This document shows, in pieces, positions 10,812-22,041 of a stretch of 64,000 nucleotides of DNA. Both the position numbers and the translations under genes were made by a program. How positions within the stretch are numbered: position 1 is the stretch's first letter; every line of letters begins with the position of its first letter. A model generated the notes under the pieces. The model did no database searches. It was given only the letters and a program-made list of their open reading frames with translations, and had not been told where the DNA came from. This stretch comes from an uncultured Chloroflexia bacterium (lineage in GTDB: Bacteria > Chloroflexota > Limnocylindria > Limnocylindrales > CSP1-4). The stretch is taken from positions 966,172 to 1,030,171 of the forward strand of contig CAWCMN010000009.1 of the NCBI GenBank assembly GCA_963796715.1, read 5' to 3'.

Positions 10812-12710
10812 ACTCAAGCTGAAGGACTTCCGTCAGTACCGAGGCGAGCATCAACTGACGTTCGCCCACGACGAATCGCACAACGTAACGGTCATCACGG
10901 GGATGAACGGAACCGGGAAAACTGGGCTCTTCTACGCCCTCAACTGGTGCTTGTACGGGGACGCACAGGCACTGCCCGGTTCACTCATCAACAAGGCGGC
11001 CCTCCAAGAAGAGGCGTTTCCAACCGCAGTCGTCGAGTTGCACTTCCTCCATGAAGGCGCCCGTTACGTGTGCCGTCGAGAGCAAGTTCGCACACCGAAC
11101 GGGTCAGAACGCGAAGGAAGCTTCACTTTGCAGCAGCTCGAAGCGGGGGGTCGCGTAGTCGACCTTAAGAACGCGCCAGAGCGCGTGAACGTCATTCTCC
11201 CGCGGGACGCCCGCCGCTATTTCTTCTTTGACGGCGAGCGCATCGACGAGTTGGCGCGTCCGGGTCACGAGGCCGAGGTCAAAGAAGCGGTTCGCAGCGT
11301 CCTGAAGCTGAAGGTGCTGAGCGTGCGGCCCAGCATCTTGACGAGACCGCTAAGGACTACGCCAAGACCTTGCGCAGCGAGGGCGAACTGACCAGCGAGC
11401 AGGAGCAGCTCCTCGTCGATAGTGAGCGCCTGAGCGAGGAGACCCTGAAGCTACAGGGCGTCATTGAGACCGGCGGCGTACAAGTCGGCGACCTCACCTT
11501 CCAGCTATCTAGCGTCCGAAACAAGCTGGAGCAGTTGGCCGACCTTAAGGCGATCCAGGTCGAGGAGAAGTCGGCCAACGAGACCCTGGAGCGCCTCCAG
11601 GCCGAATTCACCGAGATCGACCGCGATTTGCGTGAGGCGGTCGATCGCACGGGCCCGGTGGTCGCCGGCTCACGTCCAGCTGGCCAAGCAGATCCTCGAT
11701 GAGAAGCGCGCCAAGGGCGAGATACCCACCGGCATTCGGCAGCAGCTCGTCGAGGACCTGATCGTCAGGGGACCTGTATCTGCGGTCGCCCACTCGATGG
11801 GGATGCCCGGGCGGCCCTCGCGGCACGCCACAGGGACTGTTTCCACCGAGGTCACCGAGGCTGTGCTCGAGGCGGCGGCGGAAATCCGGGTTATCGAGGC
11901 GAAGGGCGAGGACGCGCTTGCAAGGGTTCGGCGGTCAGTCGGTCGGAGATCGGAACTCCGCGATGAACTCACTGATGCGGAACGTCAGCTGCAGGAGATC
12001 AGGCGTCGTCTCCTCTTCGAATTCAACGAGGACGTCGCTGAGTTAGAGCGCACACGGTCGGCGCTCAAGGATCGGCTTCTCGACGCAAGGGTGGAACTCC
12101 AGCGGCACGAACGAGAATTGGAAGCGGCTAGGACGGACCTCGCCAAGACCCGCAGTCGACTGGAGGCGTTCGCCTCCAAGTCAAGCGAAGGGTTCCGAAC
12201 GAAACGACGCTACGAGATTGCCGCGAGCAGTGCTGACGCGGCCCGAACGCTGCTCCACCATTTCAGCACCGAGATGAGGGCCCGAATTGAGGAGGCGACC
12301 AACGACATATTCCTCCGCTTCGTCTGGAAGGAGAAGCACTTCCAGGCCGTGCGCGACACAAGGACTACCGGCTCGAGGTTGTAGACCGCTACGACGACCG
12401 ATCTCTACCGGGCCTCTCGGCCGGGGAGCGCCAGGTCCTGAGCCTCGCATTCATCGCCGGCATGTCGAAAGTCACTGGAGAAGAGGCACCACTCGTGATT
12501 GACACACCGTTCGGGCGCCTTTCCGAGTTGCCGGTATCAAGCATCGTGACCGAACTTCCTCAGCTCACCAAACAGCTCGTCCTGCTCGTAACGGACCAAG
12601 AGATCAACAACGAGGCGCGAGCCCTCCTTGCGCCCAGAATTGGGCGCGAATACGACCTTAGCTTTGATGATGAGACCGGCACGACGAGCATCGTCGAGGT
12701 AGCGCCATGA
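10795..12710 (+). CDS. Rad50/SbcC/DndD-like coiled-coil ABC ATPase with CxC hook, frameshifted
   Basis: LKDFRQY, Walker A GMNGTGKT, YFFFDGERI, coiled coil, TCICGRPL at ~11773 (alternative frame), signature LSAGERQVLSLAF and Walker B PLVIDTPFGRL. Confidence 0.85.
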
Positions 12711-13141
12711 CGGAGAACGACCGGGAGCGAAGTCGAGTCGATCGAGACCGATATTACGTTCAGGGCGACAAACATCACGTCTTCCAGGCGTGGGGCAAGG
12801 ATGACGAGACGTCGGCATTCCCCCACCCTGAAAGACGCCTTCGTGTTCGCCGCAGCCGTTGGGTGGGCCCATCGACGCCGGGTCGCCTTCCGTGGCCATC
12901 GTCAACATGTCGGCTTTTGGAGATCGTTCTCGCCGCAAGAGGACGTTTGGCTTCTCCAAGCCGCCATCGCAGAGACAGGGGACCCGGCCGCCGCAGCCGA
13001 TACGGGGAGAATCTCAGTATCGTCGAAGAGTATGCGAATGGCGGAATCGACCTCGTGAACGACTACGAGCGCGGTGACCGTGCGGCAACGGTTCTCGCCC
13101 TGGCGTCGCTCGTGACTGATACCGTCGCCTCCAGAGGCTGA
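12707..13141 (+). CDS. Dnd system-associated protein 4-like (DndE-like small protein), frameshifted
   Basis: FPTLKDAFVFAAAVG ... LLQAAIAETGD ... IVEEYANGGI; ATGA overlap with the ATPase stop. Confidence 0.7.
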   Translation: MTENDRERSRVDRDRYYVQGDKHHVFQAWGKDDETSAFPHPERRLRVRRSRWVGPSTPGRLPWPSSTCRLLEIVLAARGRLASPSRHRRDRGPGRRSRYGENLSIVEEYANGGIDLVNDYERGDRAATVLALASLVTDTVASRG

Positions 13142-13186
13142 TTTCGGTATCTCAGAGTTTCGTCGCGGAGTCTCTTGACGTGCCAA

Positions 13187-14098
13187 TCAAGGGTGGTGCG
13201 TCGCCTGGGCTGACCTATCGTCCTTGCGGCCGAAGGTCGACAGAAGCGCGTCCATCAGTTCATCCTCGGTCTCATCGCCGCTCGATAGGTTATTCAGGCC
13301 GGCTAATTCGTCTTCTCCGCGAGCGGTGAGCCGCCGTTTGATGGCATTCCAGCTCGGCGGCTGCGCACCAGTCAGCCCGAGTGCGCGACCTACCAGTTCG
13401 GCACTCGGCGCCTGCGGCTCGGACCCGAGGCCGATCTTGAGCGAGGCGGGTCTCCCCCTCCAGAGCCGCCAGAACACTCGCGCGCGCGACGCTGAACTTC
13501 AGGGCCTGCACGCCGAACTCAACGAACAAGTAATCACCAACCATCGCGCGCAGATCGTCTGCCTGCCGGCGGACGAAATCGAGGTTTGGACCAAGCTGTG
13601 GCCATCGGAGCTGCAAAGTGCCGGAGGCCGAGTCGAAGGCCTTCTCAACGCCGGGGTGCAGGCCGACCTCTCGGGCAAGGGCGATGGGGACGGGTACTGA
13701 GTACCCGTCGAGGGCCCCTGCGTCGACGAGGAGGCGCAGACTCCACCCCGCACACCGCGAAAGACTGATTTCGTGAAGGCGACGGAGCGTGCCTCGGACG
13801 CCGTTTGGCTCGCGGGTACCCATCGGGGGACCTCAGCGCCATCGTTTACGAAAGGGCCTAGCCCGCCGTGCAGACATCCGTTCACTAGCTTCCGATCGGC
13901 CTGCGGCCAACCCGATGAGCGTAGCGCCCGCGCGATTTCGCGCGCGGTTAGGTATGGCTGCACGATGAGGACCTCCATAATGGCATCGCGCAGCACCTGC
14001 GCGCGCTCCCTGCTCATTCGGTCGGCGCCGTGCGACCCGCGATCGGTTGATGGATCAGCTCGAGCGGGCTCGACCACGACCGGAGTGGCCCTCTTCAT
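13187..14098 (-). CDS. wHTH protein with a C-terminal domain paralogous to that of the 5582-7923 protein, frameshifted
   Basis: N-terminal LRDAIMEVL..LTAREIARAL..VNGCL..PRW wHTH. C-terminal GWSLRLLV..PIALAR..GDYLFVEFG..RRLTARGEDELA..LMDALLSTFG from ORFs 13499, 13290 and 13187. Confidence 0.65.
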
Positions 14099-14230
14099 GC
14101 CGATAGGGTGCGACTCCGAATTGGCGGGGTGCAAGCGGCTGGAGGTCCTAGGGAGCCGCGACTGGTGCCCTGTGAGCGCCGCTCCGAGCCAAGGGGAGTG
14201 AGCGAGTGCGTCGATCGGCTAAAATCGGGT

Positions 14231-15581
14231 ATGACCCCCGCCGCACACCCGCCGGAGGAGCATGTCGTGCACGTTCTCAAGGCGCCACCGCGGGTCGAGG
14301 CGTCCGATGGGCACAGTCCGAGCCGGCGGGTCGTCGAACTCTTCGCCGGCGTTGGCGGATTTCACCTCGGCCTTGAACCCTCTGGCTGGAGCGTGGTCTG
14401 GGCGAACCAGTGGGAGCCTTCGACCCGAAGCCAGGCGGCGGCGGACTGCTACCGGGCCCACTTCCCCAAGGTCGAGTTGGTCTGCGAGGACATCGCCACG
14501 GTCCTGGATCGAGCAGAGCTGGACCCATCGGTCTCCTGGATACGACGAGCTGCTGGTTGGCGGCTTCCCATGCCAGGACTACTCGGTGGCCAAGACGCTC
14601 AACCAGGCTCACGGTCTGATTGGCCGGAAGGGTGTGCTGTGGTGGGAGATCCACCGGCTTCTGAAGATGAAACGCTCGCCTCTGATTTTCCTCGAGAATG
14701 TCGACCGCCTGTTGAAATCGCCCGCCGCGCGCCGAGGTCGGGACTTCGCGATCATGCTCGCCTCCCTGGCCGACCTTGGTTACAGCGTCGAGTGGCGGGT
14801 GATTAACGCCGCGGACTACGGCTTCCCCCAGAAACGACGACGCGTGTATATCCTCGGCCGCCTCGACACACTCGAGCCGAGTGACCCATACGAGTTGCTG
14901 CTGCGCGACGGCGTGCTGGCTCGGGCGTTTCGGGTCGTTCAGAAAGGGGTGCCGGTCGGGTGGACATCGACGTTTGAACTTGGTCGCGGCGACCTAGCTG
15001 AGATCACCGACGCGTATGCAGCGCCGAACGATACGTCACCTTTCCACAGCGCCGGCTAGATGCGCGATCGCGCCGTCTGGAGCCTCGACGTGGCGCCCCA
15101 GTACGAGGATCACTTCGCGACGTTGAGGGAGATTGTCCAACCGGACCACGAGGTGCCGGCACGATTCGTCGTTCCACAAGCTCAGCTCGAGGCTTGGCAG
15201 CACTTGAAGGGCGCGAAGCGCGAGCATCGTGTTCACAAGGCAAGCGGCTCCGCGTACTACTACACGGAGGGACCGATACCGTATCCCGACTCGCTTGATG
15301 GTCCGGCACGCACGATCTTGACAGGCGAGGGTGGTGCGACCGCGTCGCGGTTCAAGCACATCATCCGGACCGACAGCGGGGCGTATCGGCGTCTGACCCC
15401 ATGGGAACTCGAGAAGCTCAACGGGTTCAGCGGAGTCTGGACCGATACCGGCATGAGCGATAGCCGCCGCGCATTCTGTATGGGCAACGCCCTGATCGTC
15501 GGAGTGATTGAGCGTATCGGGGCGCAACTTGCCAAGGATTCGGCATTGTTAGGTGCCGAGCGCGCGACGATCCCCGCCTGA
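14231..15581 (+). CDS. dcm: DNA (cytosine-5) methyltransferase, M.Sau3AI-like (one frameshift, in-frame TAG at 15057-15059)
   Basis: ELFAGVGGF, WANQWEPS, GGFPCQDYSVA, LENVDRLLKSP..RGRDFA, VINAADYGFPQKRRR, RTILTGEGG and MGNAL. Confidence 0.9.
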
Positions 15582-15593
15582 GGAGCAGCGGCT

Positions 15594-16037
15594 GTGCCGG
15601 GCCTGCAACTCCCCAAACCCTCCGCCATCGACTCCAGCTGTGCGCTCGGTCATGCAGGCCAATCGAGCGAGGCGCACCGGGCCCGAGAGGACCCTATGCA
15701 CCGCCCTGCGGACCGCCGGCCTGGTTGGGTACCGGTTGAATTCGCAAAGGCGCCGGGTCGCCCTGACATCCCATACCCAGGCAGGCGCCTCGCGATCTTC
15801 GTCCACGGCTGCTTCTGGCACCACTGCCCCGTGTGCTACCCGAACCTACCAAGGTCGCACGTCGAGTTCTGGGCCCGCAAGTTCGAACTCAACCGCGAGC
15901 GCGACGCTCGCAAACGTTCAGCTCTGGAGGGCGATGGTTGGCGTGTCGTCGAGGTACGGGAGTGTGACGTGCGCGAGCGTCTTGGCCAGGTGGTCGAGAT
16001 GGTGGGCGTCGTCTACAGGGACGCCTCCGTCCTCTAA
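15594..16037 (+). CDS. vsr: Very short patch repair endonuclease (internal frameshift pair)
   Basis: PGRPDI..LAIFVHGCFWHHCP..FWARKFELNRERD..GWRVVEV; directly after the C5 MTase. Confidence 0.9.
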   Translation: MPGLQLPKPSAIDSSCALGHAGQSSEAHRAREDPMHRPADRRPGWVPVEFAKAPGRPDIPYPGRRLAIFVHGCFWHHCPVCYPNLPRSHVEFWARKFELNRERDARKRSALEGDGWRVVEVRECDVRERLGQVVEMVGVVYRDASVL

Positions 16038-16122
16038 GGCGCCCGCCCGAATAGTCCTTCTTCTTGCGTCGCGCACCCTACAGGAACAGCACAATTGGGG
16101 TGTTGGCCAGCAGCCCGGACGG

Positions 16123-17452
16123 TCAGTCGTCGACGAGGATCTCCTCAGGACTTCGCAGGCGGAGCCGGTCGGCATATCCGGCATCGACGTGACCGAGCCA
16201 GGCCTCCACCTGGGAAACCCCTCCGCGAGCGCGAGGCGCTCCACGATTTCGGCGACCTGCAGCCCATGAATGAGGACGAGGGGATAGGCGTCCTCCGCAA
16301 CCTCACGTTGCGTAGCCGCGGAGAAGTAGGACGTGGTGACATAGACGCCAAGCCACCCTCGCCTCAGGCGCGCCACCGTCCTGGCTAAGTCTTGGGCGCT
16401 CGTGGCAACCGTTGTCTGCTCGCACTTAGCCTGACCGAGGACAACCAGCTTTGCCGTCGCGAAGCCGGAACCGACATCGAGGCGCCCCACAAAGTCGATT
16501 CCGAAGTCGCCAGACTTGCGGGTAATCCATCCGCGTCGGTAGCGTCCCGATTCGACGAGGACCTCCTCAGCGATCCGCTCAGCAACGGCCTCGAAGCCGT
16601 GCTCTCCCGATCCCACCGAGCCCTTTCTTGTAGTGCTGATACACCGTCCGCAGCACCAGCGCCTCATGGGAGCCTGAGGGTGGAAGCTGGTCGGATTTGG
16701 CAACAACCGACTGGCCGTACACCCTTCGCCTCACGTGATCCAGCGCGGGTAATCCCTCCGCAACCCAGCGTCGCCAGCTGGCCGGCGCGAGGGCCAACGT
16801 CTCTTCGATGTGGCCGCCGGGCCGGCGACGTGCGTCAATCCAAGCCCATGGGACGGTGTCGCCCTTCGGCCGACAAATCGAGGACGAGGAAATCAAAACG
16901 GTAATTTGGGAATGTGGTCTGGGAGCTAGGATCGGCCTGTGTGATGAGTTCCGCGCGTTCGACCAGGGCAATCCCGTCGAACTCCACCTGCCCCTTCACC
17001 GGTCCCCCTGTGGACACCCGGCGGAATAGCAACACCGGCGCTGCGGCCAATCGGCTATGTCGGTCGCCGCTGTGATGCAACGTGTATTGCTCCAGTAGGC
17101 CAGCGTTTCCCTCTGTTGATCCGGCAGATAACCTGGAGTCCGCACGGCTGTCGCCGAAGTACCGGACATGACCGTGATCGATGTCGAAATAGTCACTCCA
17201 TGGGGTCCCGGCCGACCCAGCCTTGTGTGGGCTACTTCCAATGAGGATCGCTGGTCGAACCGTGTCGGACGCACGTCGGACAAGCCGAAGCCGGTTGATG
17301 CCTCTTTCCAGCCGGACTGGCGCTAGTTCGGGCGACCTGGTCGCCGAGTAGAAGTTCGGTAGGCCGTCAATAGTCGGCTCCGAAACTCGTTGCCCCTTTG
17401 GGTATCGGTAGACCTCCCGAACTCGCAGAGTCCCATCGGGTAGGTCCGTCAT
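16123..17452 (-). CDS. AspBHI/LpnPI/MspJI-family 5mC-dependent restriction endonuclease (SRA-like N-terminus + Mrr catalytic domain), frameshifted
   Basis: SSPHKAGSAGTPWSD..VRYFGD, KGQVEFDG, FPNYRFDF, GDFGIDFVGRLD, VLGQAKC, ARLRRGWLGVYVTTSYFS and terminal RSPEEIL. Confidence 0.85.
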
Positions 17453-17610
17453 CCTGCAAAGGGTAGGCGACGCTGCCGCGGCTGGATAGGTGGAGCTGGG
17501 GAGGCCACCCCACCGACCCCCCGTCCGACGTCTCATAGGGGCTGGCGTAGAATCACTTCCCGAAGCGGGCAGGCCGCGGCGGGACGGCACTGACGAAGGG
17601 GGCGACTGGC

Positions 17611-20024
17611 GTGCAGGGCGCCGAGCGGTCGCGCGGCGAGACCTTCCGACCGGACCTTGAGGGGCTGCGCGGGCTGGCCATCCTCCTGGTCCTGGCGTTC
17701 CATGCGAGCGTGCCCGGGATCACCGGCGGCTACATCGGGGTGGACGTCTTCTTCGTCCTCTCCGGCTTCCTGATCACCGGCCTGCTGCTGCGCGAGCGCG
17801 AGCGCACCGGGCGCATCGACCTCCCCGCCTTCTACGCCCGACGGGCCCGCCGCATCCTGCCGGCGGCCGCGGTCGTCATCCTGGTCACCCTCCCGTTCGC
17901 CTGGGTGGTCATGGCGCCGCTGGACCTGCCGCGCGTGGCCGGCGACGCGATGGCGGCCGCCCTCAGTGCCGCCAACATGCGCTTCGCGGCGACCTCCATG
18001 GACTACTTCGCCCAGGGCGTCAGCCCCTCGCCGTTCCTGCACTACTGGTCGCTGGGCGTCGAGGAGCAGTTCTACCTGGTCTGGCCGGCCCTGCTGATCG
18101 TGGCCACGCGCCTGGGCAAGCCGCGCCTCAGCGCGGGCGTGGTCCTGACCATCGTGACGATCGTCTCGTTCGCGGGCGCGGTCTGGCTCACCGACTGGGC
18201 GGCCCCGTGGGCCTTCTACAGCCTGCCGACCCGCGCCTGGCAGCTGGGCCTGGGCGGCCTGCTGGCGGTCGGCACCGGGTCGGGCGCTCGCGCCGCCACC
18301 TGGCTCACCGCCCAGCGCGGTCGGCGCCTCCGGATCGCCAGGTGGAAGGCTCGCCGGATGGGGCTGCCGGGCCTGGGTCGGTCGATCGCCCACGCCAGCC
18401 TGGTCGTCATCGGCTGGGCGGGCCTGGCCGGCCATCGTGGCCTCCGCCTTCCTGTTCGACGCCGACACGCCGTACCCGGGGCTGGCGGCCCTCCTGCCGA
18501 CGCTCGGCAGCGCGGCGCTCATCCTCTCGGGCACGCGCCGCTTCTCACCGGGCCACCTGCTGGTGCTGGCGCCGATGCGCTGGCTGGGCCAGATCTCCTT
18601 CTCGCTCTACCTGGTCCACTGGCCGATCCTGGTCCTGCCGGCCATGCTCCTGCCGCCCGGCGAGACCCTCACGCTGGCCTCGTCGCTGGCGCTGGCCGGC
18701 GTCTCGATCGCCGTCGCGGCGGGCCTCCACTACGCGATCGAGGAGCCGTTCCACCGCGGCGCCCGCTTCCAGCTCCCGACGGGCCGCATCCTGGAGGCGG
18801 CCGGCGTCTCGATCGCCTCGCTGGTGCTGCTGACCGCCGGCCTGGGGACCGCGGCGTCCGGGTTGCTCGACGCGGGCAGCTCGTCGCCCATCAGCGCGTC
18901 CGTCGGCGGCGGCCCGGACGCCACCGCCACGACCTCGCCGGATGATTCGTTCATCGCCTCGATCCCGGGCGTCACCGGCGAAGGGCCGGTCGATACGACC
19001 GACCCGACCGCCACCAGCGCCCCGCCGACCGGCGGCCCGACACCCTCCACCACGCCGACCACCGGCCCCACGGCGACGCCCACGCCCAAGCCCGCGCCCG
19101 CCCTGAAGGCGCCCAAGGGCCCGGTGCCGCTGCCGGCCAACGTGCGGCCCAGCCTGGCCAACGCCTCCAACGACTGGGAGCGCCTCCTCGCGCGACGGCT
19201 GCCTCATCCAGGAGCTGCAGGTCGTGCCGCCGAACTGCGTCTACGGCGACCCCAACGGCAAGGTCACCGTCGCGCTGGTCGGTGACTCGCACGCCTCGCA
19301 GTGGTTCCCGGCCCTGGAGCGCATCGCCCTGGCCAAGCACTGGCGGCTCGTGCCGTTCGTCAAGCTGTCCTGCCGCTTCCTGGACCTGCCCATCTACTCG
19401 CGGGTCCTGAAGCGCGAGTACACCGAGTGCGAGGCGTGGCGCCCGCTGGTCATCAAGCGCCTCCAGGCCCTCAAGCCGGACCTGACGATCGTGGCCGCGG
19501 CGGAGGGCATGGAGCCGATGACCCCGGCCGACAACTCGCCGGCCGTCCAGGGCACGGCCATGGCCGTCCTGCTGCGCCAGATCCCCGGCCCGAAGGCGAT
19601 CATCGTGGACACGCCGGCGCCCGACGTGGTCGTGCCGGAGTGCCTGTCCGCCCACACCAGTGACGTGACCAAGTGCGCCACGCCGCGCGCCGTGGCCTAC
19701 TCCTGGCGCCACCGGACGCTGGAGGTGACCGCGACCAAGGCCACGCCGCACACCACGCTGGTCGACCTGTCGGCCGCGATCTGCCCGTATGACCCGTGCC
19801 CGGCCGTCTACAACGGCATGATCGTGTACCGCGATAACTTCCACCTTACGGCCACGTTCTCCGCGTATCTCGCGCCGCAGCTGGCCGCCGCGCTGCCGGC
19901 CATCGGTCCGGTGGCACCCCCGGCGCCGACTCCCACGCCGACTCCGACCGCCACTCCGACGGCCACGCCGGGTGACTCGGACGGCGGCGGGTTCGGCCCG
20001 ATCGACCGCTTCCGTCCGATCTGA
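17611..20024 (+). CDS. OafA-like acyltransferase 3 + Pro/Thr linker + SGNH domain, frameshifted
   Basis: FRPDLEGLRGLA, GVDVFFVLSGFLIT, HYWSLGVEEQFY; SGNH GDSHA and DNFH. Confidence 0.9.
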
Positions 20025-20026
20025 GC

Positions 20027-21017
20027 GTGCCGCCCCGTCGGTCCAACCTGGCCGCCGCCATCCTGGCAGTGGTCGCGCTCGTCGCTATCGCGTTCCTACT
20101 GGTGCCCCGATCCGGTCCACCCGCCCCGTCGGCCACGGCGACCGGTGAGGCAAGTGCGCGGACCCCGGCGGTCGCAACGACCCCGCCGCGGCAGCCTCCG
20201 CCCGTGCAGTCGGGTCTACCTTCCGCCCCCGCGCGGTCGGTCGAGCACGTCTGGTGGATCGTCATGGAGAACCACGAGTACGGCAGCATCATCGGCAGTG
20301 CCTCGGCGCCGTACATCAACAGCCTCGCCGCGAAGTACGCGCTGCTCACGAACTACTACGCGACGACCCACCCGTCCGAGCCCAACTACATCGCGATGGT
20401 CGCCGGCTCGACGCTGGGCGTGAACAGCGATGGCACCTACGACCTCTCCGCCGACAGCCTCTTCAGCCAGGTGGACGAGTGGCGGGCCTACGAGCAGGGC
20501 ATCCCGCCCGGCTGCTTCACCGGCGGCAGCGCCAATGGCGGGGCGGATGGGCCGGGGGCCGACGGGCGCCTACGCGCGCAAGCACGACCCGGCGATCAGC
20601 TTCACGTACGTCTCCGGCGACGCCGCCAGATGCGCCGACATCCAGCCGCTGCGGGACTTCGACCCGGTCAAAGGCGCCTTCGAGTTCATCACGCCCAACC
20701 TGATCAACGACATGCACGACGGGTCGATCGCCCAGGGCGACGCCTTCCTGCGCGACTTCGTGCCGCTCATCACGGGCAGCCCGGCGTTCGGGAACGGGGT
20801 GCTGTTCATCACGTTCGACGAGGGCGACACCGAGCGCGGGCTCGCACGGCGACGCCGGCGGCCACATCCCGACCCTCATCGTCGCGCCCGGCCTCAAGGC
20901 CGGCGAGCGCATCACGACTCGTACGCCGATCACTACAGCCTGCTGCGCACGACCCAGGCCTTGCTCGGCCTGCCGTGCCTGGCCAAGTCCTGCGAGCGCC
21001 TGCCCATCACCTATTAG
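20027..21017 (+). CDS. Secreted phosphoesterase (acid phosphatase / alkaline phosphatase superfamily), frameshifted
   Basis: VMENH, HPSEPNY, RKHDP, NDMHDG, ITFDEG and HYSLLRT. Confidence 0.85.
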
Positions 21018-21045
21018 GGCGACACCTCGCGGCCGTCCGGGCCGA

Positions 21046-21927
21046 TCAGATGAAGTAGTGGCCCTGTTCGATGTCCTCGATGAGGCCGGGGTGGGTGGGC
21101 CTCCAGCCCATGAGCTCCTGGGTGATGGCGCTGGAGGCGGGCATGTCCGTGCTGAGCAGGTGCACGAGCATGCCCTCGTACTCCGCGGCGGGCAGGGACT
21201 TGACCGGCAGGTCCAGGTGGCGGCCGATGGCCTCGGCGATCTCGCGGACCGGCACGCCCTCGTCGCCGACAGCGTTGAGGACCGCACCGGCAGGGGCCCG
21301 CTCGACAGCGAGCCGGAAGAGACTCGCGGCGTCCTTCACGTGGACGGCCGGCCAGCGGCTGGTCCCGTCGCCGATGTAGCCGGACACGCCCTTGGTCCGG
21401 GCCACGGCGATGAGCTGGGGGATGAAGCCGTGGCGTTCCCCCTCGCCATGCACCGAGCGGGGCAGCATGACCAGGCAGGAGCGAACGCCCCGGTCTGCGG
21501 CAGCCAGCGCGGCCTGCATGTTCGTGATGCGCGCCGCGATGGGTCCGGCGGCGATGAGCTCGTCGCGTTCGGTCGCGACTCGTCCGGGCGTGACGAGCGT
21601 TCCGCCAGAGATCACCAGGGGCTTGCCGGAGCCGGCGAGGCTGGAGGCGAACGTCTCGATGGCCGTGGCGTCGGTCCGCGTCGCGGCCTCGCTCACGCTC
21701 GGCACGACGAAGGCCAGGTGGATGACGCCGTCGCTGTCGAGGGCACCGGCGCGCAGCACGTCGATGTCGCTCAGGTCGCCGCGCAGCACCTCGGCGCCCA
21801 TGTCGGCGACGGCCTTGGCGGAGGCGTCCGAACGGGCCAGCCCCAGGACGCGGTGGCCGGCGCTGATGAGCTCGGGGACGACGGCCGAGCCGATCCAGCC
21901 GGACGCGCCGGTGACGAAGATGCGCAT
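21046..21927 (-). CDS. NAD-dependent epimerase/SDR family oxidoreductase
   Basis: MRIFVTGASGWIGSAVV Rossmann motif; RWPAVHVKDAA. Confidence 0.9.
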   Translation of the reverse strand: MRIFVTGASGWIGSAVVPELISAGHRVLGLARSDASAKAVADMGAEVLRGDLSDIDVLRAGALDSDGVIHLAFVVPSVSEAATRTDATAIETFASSLAGSGKPLVISGGTLVTPGRVATERDELIAAGPIAARITNMQAALAAADRGVRSCLVMLPRSVHGEGERHGFIPQLIAVARTKGVSGYIGDGTSRWPAVHVKDAASLFRLAVERAPAGAVLNAVGDEGVPVREIAEAIGRHLDLPVKSLPAAEYEGMLVHLLSTDMPASSAITQELMGWRPTHPGLIEDIEQGHYFI

Positions 21928-22041
21928 GAGGTGTCTCCCTTGGTCGTACGCTGCGGCCGGGAACGTCGATGCGATCCGGTCGCACGAACCTTACCGGGGG
22001 CGGCCTGGAGGCGACTCCGCTGAGAGGCGGACAATGCGCGG

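Larger units (their letters stand above)
3750..17500. other. Defence island (restriction-modification related)
   Basis: Cluster of nuclease, helicase, ATPase and MTase genes with visibly more A/T-ending codons than the flanks. Confidence 0.85.

Noticed and set aside
8561-13141. Canonical Dnd phosphorothioation system
   Set aside because: No cysteine desulfurase, DndB or DndC (PAPS reductase-like) gene in the window.
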